Shown: positions 47,006 to 55,874 of the stretch, piece after piece | Layout of the letters: each line of letters starts with the position of its first letter | How positions within the stretch are numbered: the first letter of the stretch is position 1 | Translations under genes and position numbers: made by a program | Source of the DNA: an uncultured Dehalococcoidia bacterium | Lineage (GTDB): Bacteria; Chloroflexota; Dehalococcoidia; Lucifugimonadales; UBA826 | NCBI GenBank assembly: GCA_964602845.1 | Contig: CAZRSW010000001.1 | Span: 13,018 to 77,017 of the forward strand | Direction: 5' to 3' | Length of the DNA stretch: 64,000 nucleotides | Notes under the pieces: model-generated | Told to the model about the DNA's origin: nothing | Database searches by the model: none | What the model saw: only the letters and a program-made list of their open reading frames with translations

Positions 47006-47935
47006 TTGGAACTTTTCATAGAAATTTGGAATTCAGTAATTATTGCGCCGATGATTAACACTCTGATTGTGTTATATAGCGTATCGTTTAGCAATTTTGG
47101 AGTAGCTATAATCATTTTCACGATATTGATACGTGGCCTAATGATGCCTTTAACAGTCAAACAGAGTAGGCAAATGAAGGCAATGACGGCCCTGCAGCCA
47201 CGAATCAAGGATATACAGTCCAAATATAAAGACGACAAACAAAGACAATCTAGAGAAACAATGAGTTTGTATAAAGAACAAGGGGTCAACCCGATTGGTT
47301 GTTTAGGACCAATGTTCATTCAGTTCCCGATTTGGATTGGGTTATATCAAGCTATTCTTCAGACGGTTCCAACGACCCCGGAAAGGCTGGTGGGTTTGTC
47401 AGGGCATCTTTATATGTGGCTGCCTATGATAGAAGAGGTTATTCCACTGGATAGCAGTTTTTTATGGTTGAATCTTGCACAACCAGATCCAAAATGGGTT
47501 TTACCTGTTTTGGTAGGCGTATCTATGTGGTTTATGCAGAAGATGACGACAATGCCTGCCATGGATGATAGACAAGCATCAACAAATAGAATGATGTTGT
47601 GGATGATGCCTTTTATGTTTGGATTTTTCTCACTGCAATTTCCCAGTGGGTTGGCAATGTATTGGGTGATCTCAAACTTGGCGGGGATTGTAATACAGGG
47701 ATTCATAACGGGATGGGACCCATTGTTAGAGGTCTTAAGGTTGAACAAAGTTGAAAAAGATGCAACGGGTACAGAGGCAGTTACTGCTGTGTTAGACGTG
47801 GATACCCATATTTCTGAGGAGATCGATGATGAAGAACTCAATAGAAACAACGGCGAAGACGGTGGAAGAAGCAGTCGAAATAGCTCTAAGAGAACTAGAC
47901 GCAGACCGAGGAGAGGTAGAAATAAACGTCGTTAG
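47006..47935 (+). CDS. yidC: Membrane protein insertase YidC (short, monoderm type) with basic C-terminal tail
   Basis: 309 aa. ILIRGLMMPLTVKQ, KYKDDKQRQSRETMSLYKEQGVNP and GLAMYWVISN motifs. The tail is SSKRTRRRPRRGRNKRR. Confidence 0.9.
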   Translation: MELFIEIWNSVIIAPMINTLIVLYSVSFSNFGVAIIIFTILIRGLMMPLTVKQSRQMKAMTALQPRIKDIQSKYKDDKQRQSRETMSLYKEQGVNPIGCLGPMFIQFPIWIGLYQAILQTVPTTPERLVGLSGHLYMWLPMIEEVIPLDSSFLWLNLAQPDPKWVLPVLVGVSMWFMQKMTTMPAMDDRQASTNRMMLWMMPFMFGFFSLQFPSGLAMYWVISNLAGIVIQGFITGWDPLLEVLRLNKVEKDATGTEAVTAVLDVDTHISEEIDDEELNRNNGEDGGRSSRNSSKRTRRRPRRGRNKRR

Positions 47936-48467
47936 TAGAGGTAAGGCCGGTATTCTAGGTCTTGGGAGTGAACTAGCTAAAGTTAAGGTCAACAGGTTGG
48001 AGTCGCAGTCCAACCTAGTAGATGTCACAACGGAGGTAATTTCCAAGTTGATAGCTATGTTGGATGCTGATGTTTCCGTGCACCTAAAACAGGCGGACAA
48101 TGATGACATCGGTGGACCAGTTTTTGAGATAGAAGGTGATGATTCCGGGCTTTTAATCGGTAGACGAGGAGAGACGCTGAGGGCGCTGCAGTTACTTGTT
48201 AGAGTTATGGTGGGTAACGAGATTGGTTCAAGGGCCAATTTGGTCATTGATGTTGAGGGATACAATGAACGAAGGCGTGAGTCTTTAGTGAATTTGTCTA
48301 AAAGAGTGGCTGATCGAGTTATTAAGACCGGCCGGCCTATTGATCTTGAACCTATGTCTCCTAGTGAGCGGCGTATTGTGCATATCACATTGGCTGAATC
48401 TGGCCGGGTTACAACAGAAAGTTCCGGCTCAGGTAGTGATAGAAGGGTTGTCATACATCCGAATTGA
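47826..48467 (+). CDS. jag: Jag/SpoIIIJ-associated RNA-binding protein (Jag_N-KH-R3H)
   Basis: 213 aa. AKTVEEAVEIALRELDADRGEVEINVVSRGKAGILGLG (Jag_N), a KH domain, and R3H (SPSERRIVHITL). Confidence 0.9.
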   Translation: MMKNSIETTAKTVEEAVEIALRELDADRGEVEINVVSRGKAGILGLGSELAKVKVNRLESQSNLVDVTTEVISKLIAMLDADVSVHLKQADNDDIGGPVFEIEGDDSGLLIGRRGETLRALQLLVRVMVGNEIGSRANLVIDVEGYNERRRESLVNLSKRVADRVIKTGRPIDLEPMSPSERRIVHITLAESGRVTTESSGSGSDRRVVIHPN

Positions 48468-48594
48468 TTTCTTCAGTCATGTGCCCTTTGCTATGGATTT
48501 AAAGGAATTTGTTTCAGAGATTAGTTTAGAAGGGGTGGGCTTGAGTTGCGTTTTTGGGGTGGTTGTGTTCTTTAGTTGACTAGTGAGGGTGTAA

Positions 48595-49737
48595 ATGCAG
48601 GAAGAACCGAAAGCTGGGATGTCGTATCTTAAAGTCATCAAATTCTCGTCTTTATTGATCGTTATAGCGGTTGTTCTGCTTGGTCTTTATGCTGTCAAAG
48701 GGGCTCTTTTCCCTTTTGTTATAGGCCTGATGCTGTCTTACATTCTCCATCCATTTGTCAGTGTTATTGAAAACTTCATGCCGTGGCGTTCTAGGAGGCC
48801 AGATCTTGCTAGAGGGGCTTCAATAGGTCTTGTTTATTGCGTCTCGCTGGTGGTGTTCATTGGCGCTCTCATTGTCGTGGTCCCGCCAATTTTCAGACAA
48901 TCGACTGAGCTGTTGAACACATTGCCAGACTTCATAAACGGTGCCAGATTAACAGTAGAGGGATGGAGCAGAGAATATTCCGGAAATATTCCCACAGAGA
49001 TCAGTCTTGAAATTGAACGATTGCTTGAGAACGCTGGTGTCATACTCGTCGGAGCATTCAGAGGGTTGTTACATAAAACAGCGACGGCTGCCGTACATGC
49101 ACTCACTTTAGTAGTTGGTATGGTGGTCTTACCTATTTTTGTGTTCTATCTTCTTAAGGATAGAGAGAAAGTTCGAATGTCCTTCATCGAGGTGTTTCCA
49201 TCTGATATTCAGATCCATGTTGTTTATGTCTTGAGGATTTTGAATCGCGTGGTTGGCGCATATGTTAGGGCTCAGGTGACTCTTTCCGTGATTGTTTGGA
49301 TCTGTATTACTGTTGGGCTTGCAGTCATGCAAATTCAGTATGCAGCGCTACTTGGTGCGGTTGCAGGAATATTTGAATTTGTACCCATTATCGGAGCGTG
49401 GATCGGCGTGATACCTACAATTCTTGTGGTTCTTTCGACTTCGCCAGACAAGATTATATTTGTGTTGATATTGTTTGGATCTGTACAAATTTTACAAGGT
49501 GCATTTTTAGTTCCCCGTATCCAAAGTTTTTCCATGAAGGTTCATCCTCTGATAGTTTTAATATCAATTGTAATTGGTAGTGAGGTTGGCGGAATGTGGG
49601 GGGTGGTGTTAGGTCCACCCATCGCCGCGTCAATCAAGGAGTTAATAGTGTATTTTTCTGAGCCAAGCAAGTATGCAGGATTTGATGAATTTGGTGTATC
49701 TGAGAAAGTAACAAGTATGGGCGAAGAAGTCACATGA
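48595..49737 (+). CDS. AI-2E family transporter (PerM/UPF0118)
   Basis: 380 aa. Polytopic membrane protein with the AI-2E family layout (FEFVPIIGAWIG, VHPLIVLISI). Confidence 0.75.
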   Translation: MQEEPKAGMSYLKVIKFSSLLIVIAVVLLGLYAVKGALFPFVIGLMLSYILHPFVSVIENFMPWRSRRPDLARGASIGLVYCVSLVVFIGALIVVVPPIFRQSTELLNTLPDFINGARLTVEGWSREYSGNIPTEISLEIERLLENAGVILVGAFRGLLHKTATAAVHALTLVVGMVVLPIFVFYLLKDREKVRMSFIEVFPSDIQIHVVYVLRILNRVVGAYVRAQVTLSVIVWICITVGLAVMQIQYAALLGAVAGIFEFVPIIGAWIGVIPTILVVLSTSPDKIIFVLILFGSVQILQGAFLVPRIQSFSMKVHPLIVLISIVIGSEVGGMWGVVLGPPIAASIKELIVYFSEPSKYAGFDEFGVSEKVTSMGEEVT

Positions 49738-49777
49738 GTGAGATCTTTAAAATCATGTTTTACGAGTAGAAAAAAGA

Positions 49778-50524
49778 ATGATAGAAGTTGAGTTTGTAGC
49801 CCAAGAGCAGATTGCTGTGCTCACATTGCAGGATCAAGACCCGAAAAAGATCCATGATGGCGTGCTTGGAGGTCAAATCGAGGATGCGTGTAATGCTATT
49901 AAGGAGAATGACGATCTGAGAGGTGTCGTTATCACCTCATTGATCGATGGTTTTTTGTCTATCGAACCTAGGATATCGCGTCCAGTTGATTTTAGAGAAC
50001 TTGCAACTATGACTAACTTAATCGCAGATATAGAGAAGCCGACGATAGCGGCGATAGAGTATGGTGCTCACGGAGAAGGTCTCGAATTGGTTCTTTCGTG
50101 TGACATTAGAGTAGCATCTTTGACGAGTCTGTTTTCACTACCCCAAATCTTAGGAGGTTTTATGCCTTCGGCTGGAGGCACACAGAGGTTGCCAAGAGTA
50201 GCTGGTATGGGACGCGCTCTTGAGTTAATGCTCACAGGTAGAGTATTTGATAGTCATGAAGCTTTGATGATTGGAGTAATACAATATCGACAGGATAGTT
50301 CGGCAATGTGTAAGGCGTTAGAACTTGCAGGCAAAATAAGTGGCCACGGACCGGTGGCGGTGAGATATTTGAAAGAGGCAGTTCAAGACGGTGTGGACAT
50401 GACGCTGGCCCAAGGCCTTGTATTAGAGTCGGATCTCAGCATACTGTTGCATTCAACAGCAGACCGAATGGAAGGGATAAATTCGTTTGTCCAAAGGAGA
50501 ACCCCTAGGTATAGAGGTCAATGA
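49778..50524 (+). CDS. Enoyl-CoA hydratase/isomerase family protein
   Basis: 248 aa. Crotonase-fold pattern (AIEYGAHGEGLELVLSCDIRVAS, GGTQRLPRVAG). Confidence 0.8.
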   Translation: MIEVEFVAQEQIAVLTLQDQDPKKIHDGVLGGQIEDACNAIKENDDLRGVVITSLIDGFLSIEPRISRPVDFRELATMTNLIADIEKPTIAAIEYGAHGEGLELVLSCDIRVASLTSLFSLPQILGGFMPSAGGTQRLPRVAGMGRALELMLTGRVFDSHEALMIGVIQYRQDSSAMCKALELAGKISGHGPVAVRYLKEAVQDGVDMTLAQGLVLESDLSILLHSTADRMEGINSFVQRRTPRYRGQ

Positions 50525-51261
50525 GTGGGCTGAACACATCCAGGGTTCTATATCGGGTGGAGAATGCCGTTGCTGAGATCACCCTTAATCGTCCAGAGAA
50601 TATCAACGTTTTTGATGTATATATGAGAGACGATATGTTTAGAGTTGTGAAACTATTTAGAGACGACCCTGACGCTCGTATTGGTGTCATCAATGGTTGT
50701 GGCGAAAAGGGCTTTTGCGCAGGTGCGGATCTAAAAGAATTTGGAACTACCCCGTCTCAATTGGCATCTAGATCTATCAGATGGGAGAGGGATATATGGG
50801 GGTTGTTGTATTCAATAGAGAAGCCAATCATTGCAAGCATGCATGGGTATGTGATAGGAACGGGCATTGAAATCGCGGCCCTTTGTGATATTAGAATCTC
50901 ATCCCATGATGCGATTTTTCGCATGCCGGAAGTTACCCTAGGGATGATCCCTGCGGCGGGTGGTACTCAAACCATTTCAAGAGCCATTGGTATGGCACCG
51001 ACATTGGATATGATAATGACCGGCCGAAAAATAACTGCCCAAGATGCTTTACAAATGAGGTTGGTTGATAGGGTGGTTCCAAGGGAAGACCTTTATACTG
51101 TCACAAAATCTTTAGCTTTAGATCTAGCAGGTATGGATATTAAAGTGTTAATGTCGATCAAAATGGCTGCAAAAATGGGGCTAGATCATAGCCTCCAGCA
51201 AGGGTTAGAATTAGAGATGAGGGTAGCAAACAAACTCTCGCAAGCAACGGGATCCCAATGA
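50521..51261 (+). CDS. Enoyl-CoA hydratase/isomerase family protein
   Basis: 246 aa. FCAGADLKEF, GYVIGTGIEIAALCDIRIS and AAGGTQ motifs. 4-nt overlap with the preceding paralog. Confidence 0.8.
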   Translation: MSGLNTSRVLYRVENAVAEITLNRPENINVFDVYMRDDMFRVVKLFRDDPDARIGVINGCGEKGFCAGADLKEFGTTPSQLASRSIRWERDIWGLLYSIEKPIIASMHGYVIGTGIEIAALCDIRISSHDAIFRMPEVTLGMIPAAGGTQTISRAIGMAPTLDMIMTGRKITAQDALQMRLVDRVVPREDLYTVTKSLALDLAGMDIKVLMSIKMAAKMGLDHSLQQGLELEMRVANKLSQATGSQ

Positions 51262-51268
51262 TTTTGGA

Positions 51269-51342
51269 TGGCTGCCCGGCCAGGGATCGAACCTGGGTCG
51301 AAGGATTCAAAGTCCTTAGTGCTACCTCTACACCACCGGGCA
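51269..51342 (-). tRNA. tRNA-Gln (anticodon UUG)
   Basis: - Hand-folded cloverleaf on the minus strand.
- Acceptor stem UGCCCGG/CCGGGCA, with the U1-A72 pair typical of bacterial tRNA-Gln.
- D stem GUGU/GCAC.
- Anticodon stem AAGGA/UCCUU with loop CUUUGAA.
- T arm CCAGG-UUCGAUC-CCUGG.
- Discriminator G and encoded CCA. Confidence 0.9.
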
Positions 51343-51515
51343 CCGATATTACTACGGTATGAGTATAAATCATATCAAAGGTTACATTTAAGATCTTCTT
51401 TCAGTGGTATTTGCTTGTTGTGGCTTTTCTGTTTACCTGATGCTGTAATGAATGATGGGTAAAAACACTTGGGTAATGTGTCCAGTATCACCTTTGTTGA
51501 AAGTGGTGGTATAAA

Positions 51516-51887
51516 TTAGCTTAATGTTCTTCCTATAACTAGCCCAAACCACGCTGCCATTAACCCAACTAAGACGCTGGCAGAAACATTGAGTATCGCC
51601 TTGTATGGATCTCCAGATTCGACTAACTGAATACTAGTGACTGTGATAGATGAGAAAGTAGTGTATGCTCCGCAAAACCCCGCAGCAAATAAGAGATCGT
51701 AATTGTTGGGGAAACCAATCTTTGCCGTTATTAAGGAAACAATTAACCCTAAGAGGAATGATCCTGATATATTTACAGCAAAGGTTCCAAGAATTCTGGA
51801 GTCGAAAAAATGAATTGCTAATCTGTCTATCCCATATCTGGATATCGCTCCTAATCCTCCCCCAAGTGCTACCAAAAGCCAGTTCAA
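51516..51887 (-). CDS. crcB: Fluoride ion channel CrcB/FluC
   Basis: 123 aa. Four TM segments, with GGGLGAISRY and GFCGAYTTFSS motifs. Confidence 0.9.
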   Translation of the reverse strand: MNWLLVALGGGLGAISRYGIDRLAIHFFDSRILGTFAVNISGSFLLGLIVSLITAKIGFPNNYDLLFAAGFCGAYTTFSSITVTSIQLVESGDPYKAILNVSASVLVGLMAAWFGLVIGRTLS

Positions 51888-52013
51888 GTACTTCTCCGTG
51901 GTTATTAGTCGATGAATTTAATCACCTTGGTTGATTAATTCATACAATGGTAACACTGATGAATTTGTTAGTGATGAAGATGGGCTTAAGGATTAACCAA
52001 GAATTTGATGTTG

Positions 52014-52946
52014 TTAATCCTCGAACAACCATTGTCTTGTGCGTAGGTACTGAAAAGCTGTTAGCGCAGCTGTTGCTCCGTCTGCTGCGGATGTAATTAG
52101 CTGAGATGCAGAATTTTTCCTAATGTCTCCGGCCGCGAAAATACCGGCTGATTTGGTCCGTAATGAATAATCTGTATAGATGTGTCCTGCTGGGTCTAGG
52201 TCTACTACATGAGACAGATAATCACTATTTGGTTTTAACCCGATAAATATAAATACTCCGTCTACACTCATTGTGCTATGTTCTTTGGACACGGTATCTC
52301 TGAGTGATACAGCTTCGACGGCAGTGTCTCCATGTATTTCTGTGACCTCTACATTGAAGCGAGGTTGGATTCTATCGTTTTCAAGCACTCGATCCTGTAA
52401 AATTTTTTGTCCTTTTAGATCGGAATCTCGGACTAATAAGTATACGCATTTGGCGAATTCGGTTAGTGTTAACGCCTCATCCAAAGCGGAATCGCCTCCA
52501 CCAATAACACAAACATCTTGATCAATAAAAAATGCACCGTCGCAGGTGGCACAATTAGATACTCCTGCTCCGTATAGTTCTTCTTCGCCTTTGACTCCCA
52601 ACTTCTTAAAAGTGGAACCGCCGGCGATTATGATGCTTTGGGTAGTTATATCGCCTTGGTCGGAGCTGACGATCCAATCCTCGTTGGATCCCAGGATATT
52701 AGAGACCTCAGAGAGTATTATTTCGGTGCCATATTTCATTGCTTGAGTTTGTACTATTGACGCTAAATCTGCACCGGAAATGTCCTCTAATATCCCTGGG
52801 AAGTTCTCTATTTTCTCCGCATTTATTATTTGGCCCCCTGGCATTAATTGTTCAAGTAATACTGTGTCAAGCCCGAGCCTAGATGCAAACATCCCTGCTG
52901 TTAATCCGCCGATCCCACCACCTATGACAACGATGTCTTTAGCCAT
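52014..52946 (-). CDS. trxB: Thioredoxin-disulfide reductase
   Basis: 310 aa. VVIGGGIGGLTAG, redox-active CATCDG, and a GGGDSA second Rossmann motif. Confidence 0.9.
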   Translation of the reverse strand: MAKDIVVIGGGIGGLTAGMFASRLGLDTVLLEQLMPGGQIINAEKIENFPGILEDISGADLASIVQTQAMKYGTEIILSEVSNILGSNEDWIVSSDQGDITTQSIIIAGGSTFKKLGVKGEEELYGAGVSNCATCDGAFFIDQDVCVIGGGDSALDEALTLTEFAKCVYLLVRDSDLKGQKILQDRVLENDRIQPRFNVEVTEIHGDTAVEAVSLRDTVSKEHSTMSVDGVFIFIGLKPNSDYLSHVVDLDPAGHIYTDYSLRTKSAGIFAAGDIRKNSASQLITSAADGATAALTAFQYLRTRQWLFED

Positions 52947-52977
52947 GATCTATGTTTTAACCTCGAGATGAAGAATC

Positions 52978-54306
52978 TTATATTAATCCCAGAGTCCTGA
53001 TGTCATCTAATGACCTCTCAAATGATTCGATGGTATCGTCGATATCGGCTTCGGTGTGTGTCGAACTCAATATGAATCTGACACCAGAATGAACTCCGTT
53101 ATTTAGTAGGGATAGATTCAATTGGGAATTCCGGTAGTTATCAGCCGCTTTTTCCATATCTTCTTTTGGTAACAAGCATATCTCACCATCACAATCATGA
53201 GTGACGCCGAGACGTAAATGTATCAACGAATTTACCCCACTAGCGCAGCCTGGTATCTCCATTTTAGACATGAGATTGTTAAGCCCAGTTTTCAGTCTTT
53301 CCCCCATAGCAGTTGCCTGTTCATTGATAGGTTTGGATTTGACCATCTGTAAAGCCGTTATTCCAGCTGTAGCAGAAATAGGATTTGCGTTGAATGTGCC
53401 GTTATGAGCGATTCTTCTGTAAGTGTTGAAATGTTCGTCATCTCTCCCTTCAATCATGTTGATTATTTCAGATTTGCCAGCAACAGCCCCACCGGGTAAA
53501 CCACCTCCCAGTATTTTTGCCATCGTCGTTAGGTCGGGAGTGATTTCATAGAGTTCTTGGGCGCCACCTTTAGCTACTCTGAATCCAGTGACTACTTCGT
53601 CGAAAATCAAGACCACCCCATAATCTGCAGTAATTGTTCTCAACTCTTTTAAAAATGAGGGTACTATTGGGTGCAAGCCCATGTGCGCACCCGTTGGCTC
53701 CAAAATTATCGCAGCAATGTCGCTGTCGTTAGCTAGGGTTTTTTCCACCAACCCGATATCATTTGCGGGTAGCACCACCATGGTTTCTAAGGTTTTCTCA
53801 GGGATTCCCCCGAGGCCCTCTCCGCCTGCCGACAAATAATCACTCCAACCGTGGAAATGGTCTTGAAATTTCACTATCTTGGATTTGCCTGTGTAGGCTC
53901 GAGCCATTCGTATTGCCATCATGTCAGCTTCCGTTCCAGAGCTATGGAATCGTACTTTCTCGGCACTAGGTATCAGATCTTGCACAAGTTGAGCCCAAGT
54001 AATTTCCAAGTCTGTCGAACCACTTAAATGAGTCCCTTTCTTTATTTGGGTTTCAACGGCTTTTACGATCAAGGGATGTGAGTGACCCAATATAAGGGAG
54101 CCATGTCCAGTCCAGTAATCGATTATTTTATTGTCGTCCACATCGTACTTATGTGGTCCTGCCGCGTGCGTGTAATACAACTGAAATGGATGTTGTTTTC
54201 TCCCGTCGTGCGTGACACCATTAGGAAATATGCCTCTGGCAGTACTGTGTCTCCGGGCTGATCCCGGGTGTTTTCTGACGAATTCTTCTTCAATGTGAGT
54301 CACCAT
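52978..54306 (-). CDS. Class III PLP aminotransferase (glutamate-1-semialdehyde aminomutase family)
   Basis: GHGSLILGHSHP, SSGTEADMMAIRMARAYTG and DEVVTGFR motifs. ATG 54306 with GAGG upstream is preferred over the track start 54318. I cannot tell whether it is a true HemL. Confidence 0.75.
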   Translation of the reverse strand: MVTHIEEEFVRKHPGSARRHSTARGIFPNGVTHDGRKQHPFQLYYTHAAGPHKYDVDDNKIIDYWTGHGSLILGHSHPLIVKAVETQIKKGTHLSGSTDLEITWAQLVQDLIPSAEKVRFHSSGTEADMMAIRMARAYTGKSKIVKFQDHFHGWSDYLSAGGEGLGGIPEKTLETMVVLPANDIGLVEKTLANDSDIAAIILEPTGAHMGLHPIVPSFLKELRTITADYGVVLIFDEVVTGFRVAKGGAQELYEITPDLTTMAKILGGGLPGGAVAGKSEIINMIEGRDDEHFNTYRRIAHNGTFNANPISATAGITALQMVKSKPINEQATAMGERLKTGLNNLMSKMEIPGCASGVNSLIHLRLGVTHDCDGEICLLPKEDMEKAADNYRNSQLNLSLLNNGVHSGVRFILSSTHTEADIDDTIESFERSLDDIRTLGLI

Positions 54307-54427
54307 ACAACCTCGCAACCTTTTGAGCTTCTAAATATATTTCTTGATTCAACGTGTATCATACCTTTTGCACAGACAGAAAAAAAGTTTGGTTGATTAA
54401 GGTATATTCATTTGGGATGATCATGTA

Positions 54428-55609
54428 ATGAAAAGTTTTTTAACAGTCCTTCTTTGCACCTATTGTAGTCAAGAATTTTGCTCTGAAGATCGGAACAGAC
54501 TGTGCAAGCACTGTGGCAAGGTACTTTACCCTCAATATGACACCCATTCAGCGAGAGTTTTTTTCACCAAAGATGTTTTAAAAAAAAGGTCTCCAAACAT
54601 GTGGCGTTATTTTGAAATGATGCCTGTTCGAGATCCTGGCAATGTTGTGAGTTTAGGAGAAGGTTTTACACCGATATTTGAGGCAAATAGGCTAGGTGAT
54701 AGTCTGGGGTCTTCCAATTTATTTATCAAAGATGAAGGTCTTAACCCAACGGCTTCGTTCAAAGCCAGGGGATTATCTGCAGCGGTATCTAAGGCAAAGG
54801 AGCTGGGCATAGAGAAACTTACTATGCCCTCTGCGGGAAATGCTGCTAGTGCCATGTCTGCATATGCTGCAAGGGGTGGTCTACAATCGATGGTGTTTAT
54901 GCCGAGGGATGCTCCAATAGCTAATCAGGAAGAAGTTTCTATATCCGGATCTCAGTTGTTTTTGGTTGATGGATTGATTAGCGACGCTGGCGTCCTGTCA
55001 CGAGAAAAATCCCGTGAATCAGGCTATTTCGATATGTCTACTCTTCAGGAGCCTTACCGAGTAGAAGGGAAAAAGACTATGGGGTATGAAATAGCGGAGC
55101 AGATGGAATGGGAATTACCAGATGCTATTATTTACCCCACCGGGGGGGGGACAGGTATAGTCGGCATGTGGAAGGCTTTTCAGGAAATGGAGGATCTAGG
55201 TTGGATATCTTCCAAGAGACCGAGAATGTATGCTGTTCAATCCGAGGGTTGCGCTCCCATTGTCAGGGCATTTAATCAGGGCGCTATCCACGCTGAACCC
55301 TGGGATTCCGCCAAGACTTTTGCGGCGGGCATTCGGGTTCCTTCTGCGATAGGAGATTACCTGATATTGCAAGCCCTGAGGGAGAGTAACGGAGGCGCAG
55401 TCTCTGTCAGTGATGAAGAAATAATGTTGATGGTGAAAACTATATCCTCATGTGAGGGCATATTTGTATGTCCTGAGGGTGCTGCGACAGCATGCGCATT
55501 AGGTAGGTTGATCGAGGATGGTTCAGTTTCGTCGAATGAAAGTGTTTTACTGTTGAACACTGGTTCGGGTCTGAAGTATCTAGATCTTATGAGAGGATTC
55601 TCAGAGTAA
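54428..55609 (+). CDS. thrC: Threonine synthase (with N-terminal Cys-rich Zn-ribbon-like segment)
   Basis: 393 aa. CTYCSQEF...CKHCG N-terminus, NPTASFKARG PLP-lysine motif, and GGGTG. Confidence 0.8.
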   Translation: MKSFLTVLLCTYCSQEFCSEDRNRLCKHCGKVLYPQYDTHSARVFFTKDVLKKRSPNMWRYFEMMPVRDPGNVVSLGEGFTPIFEANRLGDSLGSSNLFIKDEGLNPTASFKARGLSAAVSKAKELGIEKLTMPSAGNAASAMSAYAARGGLQSMVFMPRDAPIANQEEVSISGSQLFLVDGLISDAGVLSREKSRESGYFDMSTLQEPYRVEGKKTMGYEIAEQMEWELPDAIIYPTGGGTGIVGMWKAFQEMEDLGWISSKRPRMYAVQSEGCAPIVRAFNQGAIHAEPWDSAKTFAAGIRVPSAIGDYLILQALRESNGGAVSVSDEEIMLMVKTISSCEGIFVCPEGAATACALGRLIEDGSVSSNESVLLLNTGSGLKYLDLMRGFSE

Positions 55610-55843
55610 ATTCACACCGGTTACGTGAGGTGCATAAATACCTAAAGAGCTAGTGATCATCATTCTTACCATTTCATGATCTGGCACACATTCAGGACAT
55701 TCTTCATTTGTGCCTTTATTATAACGGACGACTAAATTTGAATCGTCCAATGATATGAAATCTAGTGAACCTCCCTCCGATGAAACGATAGTTTCCATGT
55801 TATCCAATACTGTTTGGACTCCTGGATCATTATTCTCCGGCAT
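55601..55843 (-). CDS. NifU C-terminal-domain-like (Nfu-type) small protein
   Basis: 80 aa from ATG 55843, with AAGGAG 7 nt upstream. The pattern is VLDNMETIVSSEGGSLDFISLDD..VVRY.....CPEC. The track start 55951 would overlap the thiolase gene. Confidence 0.55.
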   Translation of the reverse strand: MPENNDPGVQTVLDNMETIVSSEGGSLDFISLDDSNLVVRYNKGTNEECPECVPDHEMVRMMITSSLGIYAPHVTGVNLL

Positions 55844-55874
55844 TAGACTTCTCCTTAAAATTGTCTTATTAGGT

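Noticed and set aside
47792-48454. A 220-aa ORF antisense to jag.
   Set aside because: It overlaps a gene with clear Jag_N/KH/R3H motifs over its whole length. Its S/L/T/P-rich composition is typical of a shadow frame, and it has no RBS.
48493-48579. A small hydrophobic peptide (MDLKEFVSEISLEGVGLSCVFGVVVFFS) between jag and the AI-2E permease gene.
   Set aside because: It has no RBS. It is the tail of a track ORF that mostly overlaps jag out of frame. It cannot be supported without conservation data.
51268-51462. A 64-aa track ORF (MAARPGIEPGSKDSK...).
   Set aside because: It is the antisense reading of tRNA-Gln plus spacer, so it is not a gene.
51888-52013. A possible fluoride riboswitch (crcB motif) upstream of crcB.
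   Set aside because: I read both strands and could not find the conserved GGCGATG...AAACTGCC...GCTGATG blocks. crcB may be co-transcribed with trxB. A cmscan with RF01734 would settle it.
52978-54306. Calling the class III aminotransferase hemL or selA.
   Set aside because: The motifs fit the GSA-aminomutase/class III family generally. The sequence is not SelA-like, and nothing in the context proves a HemL function, so I left it generic.
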